Part shown: one piece after another, positions 28,921 through 42,855 of the stretch
Layout: every line of letters starts with the position of its first letter
Position numbering within the stretch: the first letter of the stretch is position 1
DNA from: Phaeosaccion multiseriatum
Taxonomy: Eukaryota > Protista > Ochrophyta, other classes
Direction: 5' to 3'
Assembly: GCA_965112735.1 (NCBI GenBank)
Contig: OZ218950.1
Span: 6,510,001-6,574,000 of the forward strand
DNA: 64,000 nt
Notes under the pieces: generated by a model
What the model was told of the DNA's origin: nothing
Seen by the model: the letters and a program-made list of their open reading frames with translations, nothing else
Database searches by the model: none
Program-made: the position numbers and the translations under genes

Positions 28921-29519
28921 AGGTTGTAAGGTTAAGTCGTTATACATTCTTTTTGGTGAAGTTTTCTTCATAATTTGTTCGACATAATTCCCTTTTCTGA
29001 AAAAAAGGCCCCGACATTTTATTGAGAATGAGCTGAAACTCCAACTCCCTGCAAGGGGGGAAGTATCTCGCTGTGTTGGTGTTGCTGCGGGAGGGATCAA
29101 GGGCGTTCTTCCGTGAAAACACTTCAGAAGATTGCTCAGGAACTGCTTTTATCGTGCAGCAGGCCTTGTTTCCGGAGGAGAGCCGCCGCGGAAGGAAGCG
29201 GAGAAGAACGCCCCTCAAATCCTCCGAGAAGAGAAGAATCAAGAGAACCCTCCGCCAAGGTGAGCTCTCTATTCGCTCCGGTGCTTTCCTTCACCCTCTC
29301 TCTCTCTATCTGGTGCGGGGGTTTATCTTCTCTCAGTCTTGAGAGTGGAGCAGCAGCAGACCGATATTTTTTGGTCCACGGTGTGAACACAGGAACGAAC
29401 CACAAGGGGTAATTAGGTAAAAAGAATGGCGCCGGCGTGTTCATTTCCTTGCTTGCTTCCCTTTTCTCACAGGCTACGTGGCACTGAGAAAGAGGAATGA
29501 TAGCTCCCACCATCGGTGG

Positions 29520-29791
29520 ATGTCTTCTTTCCTTCGGAATGCCGTAGAGACTTGGCGGCAGCACCGGGAGGAGAGGAGGGCAGAGCGGCAGAGGCGCCAG
29601 CGGCAGCAGAGTGCAGCACAAGAGCGCGGCAGTGACATGGCAAGCAACACCGGCACAGTAGGAGGGGGAGGAGAGGCGGACTACCAAGAAGCCCTGGCCG
29701 CGGCGGTCGCCCAACAGGAGGAGCACCAGCGGCGGCACCAACAGCACCATGCCGCGCGGCAGGAGCAGCAGCAGCAGCAGCAACAACAACA

Positions 29792-29829
<38 letters not shown>

Positions 29830-31877
29830 TGTGGGAGCAACAGCAACAATGGCAGCAGTTCGCTCAGCTATTTCAAGGAGCACAGCAGCCGCAGCAGCAG
29901 CAACAGGGGGGGGGCGGGGAGAGACGGGCCCCGCCAGCGTCAAAACGAGCGATCAGGTGAGTGCAAGTAGCACCAGGAGTTGCTCAGTGCTCATCAAATG
30001 TCCGTAGGCGGAGGCCAGTAGAGGGGAATTCGGATCTTCCTTGGGATCTCCTCTTGTTGCGGAAGAAGAGGATTGTACCACAGTGAGTTAATTGTGCTGT
30101 CACCGATCACCCAACCCCATCCCGCTCTGCGTGTACCTCTCTGTGCGTCTCGTCCTCTCTCCTCCCTTGTCGTACCAGTCGACTACCAGAAGTCGTGTGT
30201 GCCCCGGACGACTTGATCGAGGAGACGAATCGGAGCTGCAGTGTATGCATGGACGAACACGGTAAGCAGGGACGGCAGAGGATGGGGCGGGGCGGGCTGG
30301 TGGAGGAGGGTGACCACTCCCACTGACATAGGAAGTCAGTTGGAGAGCCTTGGTAAGGTGGGGCAGTCCAACCATCCCCCTCTTTTTTGTAACGCCCCTC
30401 TCCTCTGTATGACACACATACGCACGTCTTGTCTGCCTGCAGAGGTTGGGTTGAAGGCAGTTAAGCTCCCCTGCGGGCACCTCTTCCACAAGAAGTGTAT
30501 CACGGATTGGTTGTCCGTCAATAATTCCTGCCCCGTGTGCCGCTACGAGCTGGAGACGAACGACAATGAGTATGAGAAGGGCAGGAAGATCAGAATGGCG
30601 AGCCGGAAACCCAGATACAGGTATCGTACATGGACATGTTGGTGATACAAAAGACAAGGTGAAATGTTGTGGCTGGTCCCTGTCTATCTGTTGACCGCGT
30701 CTTCCCTTTTGTTTCGGCACCACCACCATTTGGTGACTTATTTTCCTCACTAATCTACAATATCACCATCTTTTGTAGGAGAGGAGAACTGGAGGCGCGG
30801 TCAATTCAACAGCTGAAAGACATTGCTTTCGGCTTAGGTGTGAATACTTCGAGATGCTTAGAGAAGAACGACATAGTGCATTGCATCCTCAACAGCGGCA
30901 GGGTAAGTGAGCACGATGGATGCTTGGCCATGCGAGAGGGGAGAGAGGGAGGCAAGCACAAGCGATGCTCGGGGCTCGGAGTTGGGTGGGGCGGAGAGTC
31001 CAGTCCAGTCCAGTTCTCCTCACTCTCTCCACAAAAGCATCCTTTCTACTCCGCCTCATGCCCTCCCTCCTTCGCCCTCTCTCTCTCTCCCTCTCTCCCT
31101 GCCTTCCTTCCTCCCTCGCTCCCCCCCTCCCTCTCTCCCTCCCTACCTCTCTCTCTCCTTCCCTCCCTCGCTCGCTCCCTTCCTATCCCCTCTCTCCCTC
31201 CCTCCCTCCCTCCCTCCCTCCCTCCCTCATTCCTTCCCTCTCATCCTCTTGACTATCCGTCCCTCCCTCCCTCCCTCCTTCTCATCCTCTTGACTATCTG
31301 TCCCTCCCTCCCATCCCCCCAGGTGGACGTTGTCCCAACGGAGGTGCCTCGCTTCTCTGTGGAAGAGCTCCGCCTGATGAGCTCAAAGGAGCTCAAGGGC
31401 ATTATGGCGAATTTGGGTGTATCCGCAGCCAACTGCCTGGAGAAGTCAGACTTGGTGGACAGTCTGCGCACCAGTGGGAGGCTGGAGATGGTGGCAGATG
31501 ATATTTTGAAGAAGGAGAGGGCAGAAGCAGCAGCAGCAGCAGCAGCAGCAGGAGCAGCTGCAGGAGGGGGAGGAGGAGGCGCAGGAGGAGCAGAAGCAGG
31601 CGCAGCAGCTGGAGCAGCGGGAGGGGGCGGTGGCGATGGTGGTGCCGGTGCGGGTGCGAATGCGTCTGCGGCAGCGTCAGGCTCTTCTTCTTCCGAGCAG
31701 CCAGCGGAGGATGCCATTCGAGCGCACATAAGAGAGCGGACTCGAGTGTCTTTGCTGGAGCTGTCGTTGGCGCACCTGCGGCACATCTGTGAGGCCTTTC
31801 AGATCGACATTAGCGCCTGTGGGGAGGACAAAAAGGCCATCATTGAGGCAATTATCAACTCCGATCGGTACTGCTGA
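29520..31877 (+). CDS. RING-H2 E3 ubiquitin ligase with polyQ N-terminus and three C-terminal SAP/HeH-like repeats; 5 coding exons
   Basis: CSVCMDEH|EVG...LPCGHLFHKKCITDWLSVNNSCPVCRYEL (C3H2C3). Repeats: SIQQLKDIAFGLGVNTSRCLEKNDIV, SSKELKGIMANLGVSAANCLEKSDLV, SLAHLRHICEAFQIDISACGEDKKAII. Confidence 0.88.
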
Positions 31878-32540
31878 CGGCTGAGCTCTCATGCTGCCGG
31901 AGTACAGTGCAGTGCATCTACTCCATCCTTTTGGGGCTATGGGTCGGCTATGGTACTTGCGTCGGTATCCTACCCACCCACCACCCCAACTGCTAATAGC
32001 TATAGCCGTCCTCGACGGAAGGAAGGGAGATGGGAAACTAGTCTGCGACACTCTTACCTCGAAGGGGCTCGGAGGAGGGGGATCGATAAGGGCTCTGTGA
32101 ATAGGGGATGGTTGCAACGAACCTGGACACCGCCACCTCTGTACTTACGACTCTTTCACCCCGCCGCCGCTGGCGATGGTAGAGTGAGATTGTGTGGAGG
32201 AAGTCAGAGAAGCAGTGGCGGATTTCTCTTGCGCGTTGTCCGTCCATCCGTCCGCCAAGGGTGGCGTCTTTCAGAGACGTTTGTCATACGAACCCCTCAT
32301 ATACGTAGAGGGGGGAATTATTGATTGAAATTATAAAATAAGATCGTGGTGAAGTGAAGGGGAAAAGGGGGCGGGTAACGGGGGACTACTCCCGCCCCCC
32401 ATGCCATGCTGCTTTGCTACGCACATACTCCGCAGAGCCGGCACAGAAGGAGAGGGACCTTTTTTTTTCCCTCCCTCCCTCCCCCAGAGAGAGAGAGTTG
32501 ATACAGTTGATGCATCCTCCCTGCTGCTGTGATTTGCGGC

Positions 32541-33948
32541 CTACGCCAACAGACTCAACTCGGGCCGACAGCACCCTTTCCTCTCCGCCACAAAGATGTG
32601 CCCCAGCACGGGCTTGCCTGCCTGTCTTCGAATTTGAGAGTGCACAACTTTAGTCACTTCAAAGCCCACGCGCTCCAATTCCCTCCGAACATAGCCGCTG
32701 TGGTGGGCGAACCGTCCCGTTGGCTGCAGCACATACCCCTTGCTGTCCTCCTCGTCTCGGAGACCCTCCTCCTCCCCCTCCTCCCCGTCCCCACCCGCCG
32801 CTTCCTCCTCCTTCTCCTCCTCTCCCACCTGCTCCACCGACAGGGCAAACATCGTCTCTTCTTGGCGGTCGCTGAGGGAGGCCACGCTCTCAAACAAAGG
32901 CCGAAGACTGCCCAAGTAGACGCACACGTCACAGCACACAAAGAGATCGAAGGAGGCCCTCGCTGCTGTACCACCAACTGCCGCTGCAGGCCCGCTCGCG
33001 CTATCCGCCTCCCAGACGGCCCCGCCGTCCCGTATTACGTCTGCAACCACGAGCTGTGTGTACACTCCCTGTACAGTGCAGGTGGATAGGTGGGGGCGAG
33101 GAGGATGGAGAAGACCCGTGAGTGCCAATGGGGGCGGTGTGAGAGGACAACATGCGCGGCCGGCCAGACCTCAACTTGAGGTAGAAAGGAGACGGAAATG
33201 GGGGGAAAGAGCATACCATTGAGGGTGGGTGAAATGGGGAGATAGGCAGGCCGATACATCTTCGGCAAGCAAAAGAGATAAAACCGAGGGTTTGCAGGGC
33301 ATCTGCTCCGTCCGTCTTCCATTCCCTCTCACCCTCCCCCCCTCCGTCCGTCCTTCCTCGCCTCCCTCCCTCTCTCCCTCACCTTCTTCTTGGCTTCTTC
33401 GATCATGCCCTTGCTCATATCCACACCGTCAAGCCTTTCGACAAGAGACGCCACTGCCACCCCGCTGAGCCCCGTGCCAGCGCCCAAGTCGAGACATCTC
33501 CTCCACCTCTTGCCCGCATAGGCCGCTTCTAGGGTGTGTCGTAGGACTGTCGGTGTTTGGTACCCCAGAGCCTCGGTCAGGTGCTGCAATGGAAGCACAA
33601 CACACGACAAAGGGGGGGGGGGGGGGGGGGGCGGACACACACCACGCACGCACACACACACACACACACACACATACACACACACACCCAAAGACTGCGA
33701 GTGAGAACAGAACAGGAGGCGACCCACCTCTAAGTTGAACCGATCAAAAAGCGGGGCACCTGCCCACCCACCCACCCACCCACCCGCCCGTCCAAGGGCG
33801 AGACTGAAACACTTGGATCCTTACCGCGTCGAATCGAGGTGCGTAACCGTCGTATAGTGCAGTGACGTACGAGGCAGGGCAGCGTTCTGCAGGACTGGCA
33901 CTACCACTGCTGCCCGTCGTGGGACAACAGCTGCTACTATTACTGCTG

Positions 33949-33992
<44 letters not shown>

Positions 33993-35295
33993 GCCACCAC
34001 TACTACTGCTGCTACTACTACTTATGGTAGCATTGCTATCCTTCTCCCCCCGTCTCGTTACTGCCAGCCAGAATGGTGCGAGCTCGTCGCTCGGGTCGAG
34101 CGAGCAGGCTGTTTGGAAGCACTCCACGGCCTCTCTTCGATCACCGTGCTTTCTCAAGTGCTGACCGAGTTTGTAGTGGGCCGCTGCACTTGAGGGGGCT
34201 ATGGCCACTGCTTCTCGGAGGCAGGCAGTGACCTCGGCATCCCGACCCTTCGCCTTACCCAAGGCATTGGCAAGAAGGAGTAGGCATCTGGTGGTGGGAT
34301 GGTGATATGGGGAGGGCGGGAGAGGAGCAGGGGAGTGAGGTGGTGATACGGAAGAGGGCGACGGCGCTGAGTACGGGTAGGGGTCGAAGAGATGGGATGG
34401 AGGCCGACCAATTCACAAGGTGGGATAGGAGGATGGGACAGAGCCATGTACGTACTTGTATCGTGCCTGGGTCTCGCCTCCTTCGTCCTCCCTGGTGGTG
34501 AGCGACAGTGCGTCTCTACAGTGCTTCACGGCACCCCCCCAGTCACCATCGTCCTGCCGCAACTGCCCCAATAGCAAATGCATCTGCCTCGCACATGGGG
34601 GGGACGAAAAGTGACGGAGGCAACGCCACAGATACAAGTGTGAGGACGAGGAAAGCGAGAGGGGAAGAAGCGGCGCTCCCTGAGGTGTCGGAAGCGAGGC
34701 TTAAAGGGGAGTTGACCAGACTACTTGTAGAGTCAGACTCACCGCTGGATGGCTAGGACTGGTAGCTAGTGCTTTCTGGCTCCGCCATGCTGCTATTTGC
34801 CTTCTGCCACCCTGCTCTCTGGCTATGACGGCATGCAGGTAGAGAGCCCGTGTGTGGTTTGGTTTAACTGCGAGCAAGGCTGCTACTGTCTCCTCCGCTT
34901 CGCTAAGAAGGCCCTAGAGACGAGGACAAGGAGGACCAAAACATCAGGTGTAGCAGGAGCAGGAGGAGTAGGACGAGGAGGAGGAAGAGGAGAGCAAAGA
35001 GGAGGAGCAGGGGGATCAGGAAGAGCAAGACCAGCAGGAGGAGCAGGAGAGGAGCATCAGGAGGAGGATGAGCAGGAGGTAGATCTGGAGGAGGAAGATG
35101 AGCAAGAGGAGGAGCAGGGGGTTCAGGAGGAGCAAGAGCAGCAGCTGGAGGAAGCGGCGAGGAGGAGGAGCTTCCTTCTATTTCACTGCCTTTTGCCTTT
35201 GAATCAAGCCAGTAGCCCCTTCATACCTGGGAGTGCAGGGCGGACGCCTTCTCAAACAACCCCCTCGCTTTGCCCGTGTCCTTCACTGCCGCCAT
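32541..35295 (-). CDS. TPR-repeat SAM-dependent methyltransferase (COG4976-like); multi-exon
   Basis: TPR exons at 34743-34913, about 34455-34582 and about 33825-34286. Motifs CPASYVTALYDGYAPRFD|HLTEALGYQTP, motif I CLDLGAGTGLSG, LDGVDMSKGMIEEAKKK, FDLFVCCDVCVYLGSL, LQPTGRFAH. ATG at 35295. Confidence 0.9.
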
Positions 35296-35632
35296 CCTTC
35301 GCCCCAGGTGGAGTTCGGGAGGAGGGCAGCGTTACTTTTAGGCAGCACAGATGGCACTTAGAGGCCGAAGGGGGGGGGGGACCTCTTTTCCTCCTTTCCT
35401 CCTTCCCCTTTTATTGTACTCGGCTCTACTCTTTTCTGACAACAACGTATACGTGCTTAGTTTAGAATAAGGCCTTGGCTGATGGACTGTAATTTTTCCC
35501 TGTGTGCAAACATGACTGCCGGCTCCTCCTCCTCCTTGAGAAGGCCTTAAACTCTTCAACGGTCGTTGGTCTCGGCCTTCAACTCTATCTTAGCGTCGGC
35601 TACTTACGGCGTTTTGAGCCCGTCCTTTGAGA

Positions 35633-38600
35633 ATGAAGGCTATTGAGAAGAGGTGTGGCGAGCTTGAGCTCTCTCTTAAGGTGCGTCGAGTGCTGATGAG
35701 CAAACTCTCACACAGCAGGTTGGGGGCAGATACCAAAAGAATGTGTCCAACATCTCCCTACTTCTAGCGCACTCCTCACACACACCCCAACCCCTTCACA
35801 CCAACTTTCTCTTTGCATGGACAGGAGGAACGAGTGAAGTCATCCAACGCTCGTCTTCAGGAGTCTCGTACACGAAGTCTATTGCGCTCTTACCTCTACA
35901 AAGATGGCGAAGACGCGCCCTTGAAGCTTGCTAGGGCGCAACTCAGAGTCAGTCAGAGGTACGCACGCACGCACCAAATGCGTAAACTTAGAGCGCCTTT
36001 CCCTTTCAACCCTCCGTACCTACCCACACCCACACCGCTTTCCTCTTGCACAACTCCTTGTGTTGTAGGGCTCTCATGGAGCAGCAGAGACACAAGCAGG
36101 GCGAGGGTGAGAGACCGCTACACCCGCGGAGCTCTGCCACGACTGTGACCACTTCAGCCTCAGCAGCAACCGCAGCGACACGGGGGCGGCGACAAGAGGG
36201 AAGAGGGGCGGCTGCGGCGGAAGTCACCCACACGGGGCGGGCGAGGAGCGAAAGCCTGACTCTTAGTCGAGGCTCCGCGAGGGGGAATAGGAATGGTAGT
36301 AGTAGTACACGCGGCTCCATTGCCAGCAAAAGCGTAAGCGGCAGCGGCAGCAGCAGTGGCAGGAGGAGGAGGACGAACAACGGTGTGCAAGGTAGACTGA
36401 AAAGGGTGGATAAAGGCAGCAGCCCGGCCAAGCCAATTGGTGTGTCGCGAGGGACGGTACGGCAGAAGCTGCAGCAACAGCAGCAGCAGGGAACAACCCT
36501 ACATGGGGAGGAGCACGACGGAGCAGGAGCAGCGACAGGGCCGCATCTGAGATCTTCGCTCAAGTCTTCGTCGGTGTTAGTGGCCCACAGAGGCGAAGGA
36601 GGAGTACCGTATGCCACGCCAGCGACAAGCAACGGGGGTTCCTTCTCACAGGCTGGGAGTCAGAGGCGCCGCAGTTTGGGAGGGCAGAGTAGCAGCGTAA
36701 GATGGGAAGAGGGTGGCTTCGGTGTGAGGGAAGCCATGGAGGAGGGTCAAGGTCAAGGGGAAGAAGAAGATATGGTGTCGGTTCCGAGGGGGACCCTGAT
36801 GAGGCTTTTTGATCAGAGTGAGGGCACTGAGTCATTAAAGCACTTACTTCGGTCGCCGGAGAATGGAGACGTGGTCCCGGCAGAGCTACAAGTGGAGGAG
36901 GAGGAGGAGGAGGAGGAGGAAGAGGAGGAGGAGGAGGAGGAGGAGGAGGAGGAGGAGGAGGAGGAAGAGGAAGAAGAGGAGGAGGAGCAGGAGCAGGAGG
37001 AAGAGGAAGAGAAAGAAGAGGAGGAAGGCGTGATGGAGCTCTCCCTTAAGGGCTTGCTCTCTTCTGAAAGCGCTGCTACCGCGGCTGACTCAGGGGGCGT
37101 GGCTACAGGCTCGACCCCCTTTGTAGCAGGGTTGAGCGGACGGCGCCGAAGAAGGAGGGACGAGTCTGTTGTAGCTCAGCACGGTGGGAAGGCAGAGGGC
37201 CGGGGTGTGAGAAGCGACGAGAGTCGTCATCGACAGCAGCAGCAGCAGCTGCTGCTGCGGCGGGAGAGAGCGTTGGAGAGCCTCAAGAGGAAGCGAGACA
37301 TTGTACGCATGGTGGTTGAAGAGGACATGGCTGCGACGAGAGGCGCCGTTGTTGAGAGGGGTGGGCATACTTCACTACATGCACCAGCTACTACTACTAT
37401 TCCTGCCGCCGCCGCTGCTGCTGCAGGAGGAGGGCAGAGAGGGGAGCAGGAAAGTGGAGGAGAGCGACCGTTGCTGCTCACGTCAGAGGAAGGCAGTACG
37501 GGCACGAAAGCGTCGCCCCAGCGGCAACTGCTGCAGGACCAGATTCAGGAGCTGCGCAACGACCTGGCCGCCCTACAGCACCACGGTAGGAAGGACTCCT
37601 GCCACCAGTACCAGCACCACCTCCGGCAGCGAGAGGAACAATTGGTGATACAACAGGAGGAGGTTAAGCACGAGAAGAAGAGCGGGGGAGCAGGGGGAGA
37701 GGAGGGGGGTGAAAAGAGGAGTGCGTTGAATGTACCTCTACCTTTGGGTGCCATCCAGGCGCAGGGAATAAAGGAGGGGAGACAAAACCAGGACAGTATG
37801 GAGGAGGCGCTTAACGGGGGCGAAGGACGCGAGGAGGAGGACGAGGAGGACGAGGACGAGGAGGAGAGTGGCGAGCGAGAGATTGCTAGACTCAAAGAGG
37901 ACCTTCGATACGCAAGGAGGAAGGCAAAGGAGGAGAGGGAGAAGGAGAAAGAGAAGGCCAAGAAGAGAGAGGAAAACGAGAGGGAGATTTACCGACTCAA
38001 GAGAGAGTTGATGCAAGTAACGGGCGGCGGTGGTGGTAGCAAAGGAGTGGAGGAGAACCAGACACCGACTCGGCGGAGAGACGGGCGGCGTACTGCATAT
38101 AGTGGGAGCCGAGAAGGAAGAGAGGATGGGTTGAGATCGGGGGAGAGGGAGGGGTGGGGGGGAAGCGGGAGCGGGAGCGAGGGGGAGAAGAAGGAGGAGC
38201 AGTTGTTGCGCCTGCAGGAGGAACTGCGTCGCAGTAGATTAGAGGTGGAAGAGGAGAAGGGCAGGGCGCGGGAGGCGAAGGAGGCACACCAGCGAACCGA
38301 GGAGGAGTTACAGGAACAGCTTCGAGACTTTGTAGAGATGCAGTATCGGACTCAGGACATTGCGAGCGAGTCGGCGGGGGTGATTACTCGGCTTGGAGAA
38401 GAGCTCGAGGAGAAGCAGCGAGAGCTGAAGGGCGCGGTGTTTGGGAAGGAGGTGGCGGAGGAGGAGGTCAAGAGGATGAAGAAGGAGATGGAGGAAGCGC
38501 TGAGGAGGGAGCAGGCCACACGAGCCGAGCAGCTCGAGCAGCAGAGAGAGCGGGATAGGACAGAGAAGGAGGAGGAAGAAGAGGAGGAGAAGCGGGTGGG

Positions 38601-40541
38601 GCTACTCAACGCAGCAGAGGCAGAGGCAAGGAAGCTGAAAATAGAGCGTGACGATGCTGTCCTACGAGCGTCGAGAGCAGAGGAGGGAAGGCAGGAGGAG
38701 GAGGCACGGAGAGTGAGGCTGGAGGAGGAGCAGGAGGAGAAGGCTAAGGCTTCGGAGGAGGACAAGGCGGAGAAAGCGAAGCTTGTAGGGCAGTTGCAGG
38801 AGTGTCAGGCGTGTCGGCAGGAGCTGGAGGCAGCGAGAGAAGCAGAGGCAGCGGGCAAGAGGGAGGCGGAGGGGCTCCTCGCGCGGCTGAGGGTGCAGGC
38901 TGGCGGGGCGGATGTGGAACATGCGAGGGAGATAGAGCTCTTGCAGGAGCATCTGGAGGTGAGTGAGGCCAAGAGCAAGGAGGGAAGGAGCGTCTCTCTC
39001 TGATAGGCGGTTATAAGGCCCTCTTCTACAGGAGGGACTTTCGGTCTCGGCTCTACGATAGGGGCGTGTATCCATTGTCCTGCGACCCCCTACGCCCAGA
39101 CCTTGGACTAACCCCACCACATCTCCCTCCCCTCAATGGCACAGAGTATGAGAGAGCGTCTGCTGACTGCCGGAGACGCCAAGACAAAAGCCGTTACGGA
39201 AACAGCAGATCTCCGCAGTCAGGTGCGGCACTTGGAAGAGAAGCTGAAGGAAAACCAACTCAAGTGCGAAGAAGAGCGGCAGCGCGTCCTCCGGGAGAGT
39301 CAGCAGCTGGTGCAACAGCTGGCAAAGGAGAGTAAGCGAGACTGCGCCGCTAAGGTCGAGGCGGCAACACGCAGAGAGGAGGAGAGCAAGCAAGAGAGTC
39401 AGTCCCAGCTGGAGGCGCAGCAGCAGAGGGAGGCAGATCTGCTTGCCAAGATGGAGAAGCTGCAGCAGGAGGCCAAGCAGGAGATGGACAAAGTGGGGCA
39501 GCAACTCCGTGTGGAGGTGGAGGCGAGAGAGCAAGCCGAGCTCGTCTTACAACACGGCCTGGCCCAAGCAGAGGCACAAACAGCGAGTGCAGAGAGTCGA
39601 AGAGTTTCCGAGTTGAGAGGGTTGAGGCAGGAGGGAGAGGCCGCGGTGGAGGTGCTGAGGAGAGAGCTGCAGCGCGCTCAGGACGAGGTCCACCAGGGGC
39701 GAGAGGCATTCATGATGAGGAGTGAGGAGGAAGGGGCGAGACATGACGTGTTTGTCAAGTCGTTACAGGAGGATCTGGCTCGGGAGGGGCTGAAGGTTGC
39801 TCAGCATGCCCGAGAGATGAGGGAGGCGGAGGAGGCGGGGCAGCAAAAGGTTGCTCAGCATACGCGAGAAATGAAAGAGGTGGAGGAGGTTGGGCGAGCG
39901 AGACTGGAAGCGCTTGAGAAAGAGCATGGGGAGGTCCTTGCGGGGGTGAGGTTGCAGCTCAATTTGGCGATTGATGCCAAGTTGGAGGCGGAGCGACAAG
40001 TCACCGACTTGGCTGCGCGTTTGTCTTCGCTGGAGGAGCAGCAGCAGTTGGTAATGCTAAAGCATGAGCAGCAGCAGTTGGTGATACAAGAGCACGAGCA
40101 GCAGCGGATCGCGTTTGAGAAGGGGCAGAGAGAGGAGGATATGGCCCTTGACGCACTGGGCGGGGAGGTGGAAGAGCTCAAAGAAGAGTTGAGGGGGGCC
40201 AGGGAGGAGGCAGAGGAGGCCAGGAGGGATGCACGGGTGCTGCAGAGTGCTGTGGAGGAGCTGCAGGGGCGGGAACAGCAGCAGTTGGTGATACAGCAGC
40301 AGAAGCAGCAAGAAGTGGGGTTACTGGGTGGCGAAGTTGAGCGGCTGAGAACGGCGCTTGAAGAAGCCAAGAGAGGCCGGGAGGAGTCGAGAAGGGAGCA
40401 AGAGCGAGAGCTGACAGAGTCGTCTCAGAGGGGCGCTGAGGACACGGAGAGGCTGAGAGAGGAGCTGACGAGAGAGCTGGAGGAGGCATGGAGTGAGGTG
40501 CGTAAGTACAAGACGCACTCAGAACAGCAGCAGTTGGTGAT

Positions 40542-40588
<47 letters not shown>

Positions 40589-42559
40589 CGAAACGAGGTG
40601 AAGGGAAAGAAGATGAGAGGGAAGGGGGGCGAAGAGAGGAGGTTGAGGCATTGAAGGAGGCTCTTCGGGCCGCGGTGATTGGGCAAAAGGAGTCCCAGTC
40701 TGACGCCGAGGGGACCCGCCAGCAACTGCAGGAGTTGGTGATACAGCAGCAGGAGCAGTTGGTGATACACCAGCAGAGTGAGCAGAGAGTGCAAGCGCTG
40801 GAGGGGGAGGTGAAGAGGCTGCAGGAGAAGCTCGAAGCGGAGGAGGAGAAGCGCCGCGCAGATGCAGCAGTTGATGATACAGCAGCAGAACAGCAAGACG
40901 AGGTGGGTGGTTGGGTGTGCCCTCTTTTTGGTGCTTGGCTTTTCATCGGTGTGTTGAGGACAATGATGAACTGATGGGTTCAGGTACTCCACAGCACTCA
41001 ATTCTCTCTCTCTCTCGTTCATTCTTCTCTCTTTCTCGTTCTCTCTCTCTCATCCGACAGCAGACGAGCGCTGACGTTCGTCGCTATCGCGCCTCTCTGA
41101 AGGAGCTCCAGCAAGTCACAGAGTTGCTCAGGGCAGAGCTTGCGGACAAGGACAGCAGCCACGCCCTCAGGGTGGGTATGGGGGAGAGGGAGAAGGACGG
41201 AAGGAACGAATGGATGGAGCGAGGAAGGGACGGATGGAGAGAAGAGGGGCTGTGGAGAAGAGCATTTGAGTATTGAGAGGGCCACGTGAGAAGCTGAGCC
41301 AGGGCTGTTTCTGAATCAATAGACAGAAGAGGTCCTCTAACAATCTTCGACCCCCCCCTCCTTCCCTTGATAGGTAACGCAGCTGCGAGGCAAATACAAG
41401 GAGAAGGAGAAGGAGAACAGAAAGTACATTGCAACTGTGCGGACTCAGCAGGTATGAAAGCCTGAGGAGGGAGGGAGGGTGTGAAGGTGGGAGAGAGGGA
41501 GAGAGGTGCACACCCGGCAACCAACACACGACTCTCAGGCAGTCCGTCCACCCTCTGCTCAAGCTTTGTGCATTCCCCCCCTCATGATTCGCCTCTCCCC
41601 TTCCTCCCATGTCCTCTCTTGCTCTTTTCACCTATATCGACACACTCCCTCTTCCCATGTATACCCGCACCTCCGTTCACAGGCTGCTGCTCAGCAACAA
41701 CTCCAGCGACTCCGGGAGCTTATCTCGGACTCTTCTTCCTCGGTCGGCTCCGGGCCCCTCTCCGGCGCCTCAGGGGAGAATGGTTTCCCCTCTGTCGTGT
41801 CGGATGACGACGTGCTACCCACGTTGCAGAAGCTGCTCTCGGGTCTGAGGGAGGATGGGAGGGCCAAGCGGAGGCAGACAACGGACCTCACGGCCCAACT
41901 ACAGGTATGTGTGTACAGTAGGATCCTTGTTATGCAGTAGGGAGGTTCATGTATTGCCATCTCCATCCATCTACTGCCATCTCCCCTCAGCCACAGCCTC
42001 CCTCCATTCCACACCAGACGGCCGCACAGGACAACATTCGTCTAGAGAGCACAGTCCAGGCACAGGCGGAGCAGTTGAGGGAGCTCCGCCCTCAGCTCCA
42101 CCGCCCCTTGCTCCGCTCGCCGTCCTCTACGGTCAAGCAGCAGCCTCCCCAGTCCTACCCTTCTCCTTCGAGCAACAGCACCGGCCCTGGCGGGCGTGGG
42201 GAGCTGCACTGGGATGATGCCCCGCTAAAGCGTCCCGAGCAGCGCCAGCACCACCAGCAGCACCAGCGCTACCAGCAGCCGGACCAGCAGGAGTACCATC
42301 AACAGCAGGGCCAACGGCACCAGCAGCAGAGGTATCTTGCCGCAAGCCTGACTTGACGTGGATGTGGCGAGGCGAGGAGAAGCGTCAGTCTGCGCGCACG
42401 ACTAGTAAAAGCTGCAGAACTCAAGGGGTGGGGCCTCTTGTCTTCCACAGAGGCCTGACTTGGACTCTATTGGAGCAGCGAGCATGGCAAGAAGTGGAGA
42501 GTCGCGAGAGCTTTGCCACGGCGAGTTGGGACGTTTGGGGTGAAAACGTGTGTGAATAA
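35633..42559 (+). CDS. Very large low-complexity coiled-coil protein (about 1900 aa, E/Q/R-rich); multi-exon
   Basis: Short first exons MKAIEKRCGELELSLK|EERVKSSNARL..., large ORFs 36046-39003 and 39136-40974 bounded by splice sites, then small in-phase exons ending at 42356 or 42559. No catalytic domain seen. Confidence 0.7.
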
Positions 42560-42855
42560 AAGGGAAGAGGGGAAGTTCATTGTGGGGTTGGTGCGTGCTT
42601 TCCACGCCCCAAGCTCATTCCCCTCCGCCCTATTTGGAGGGGGTTTGTAGACCACCTCGGCCTCTGGCGAGAGGCTCAACCCAAGTGCATGGGCCGGGGC
42701 ACTGAGCAGCCTTGGCAACGAGTAGTTTGGGCGGCTCCCCTCTTTTGTGTAGATTGTTTGTATCATGTTATTGAGCCAGTGTTATTTCTCTGTGGACCGG
42801 CGATACAATTAGGCAGCGCTTCGACGAGAGCCACCCAACCGCCCTCACCTACCGC

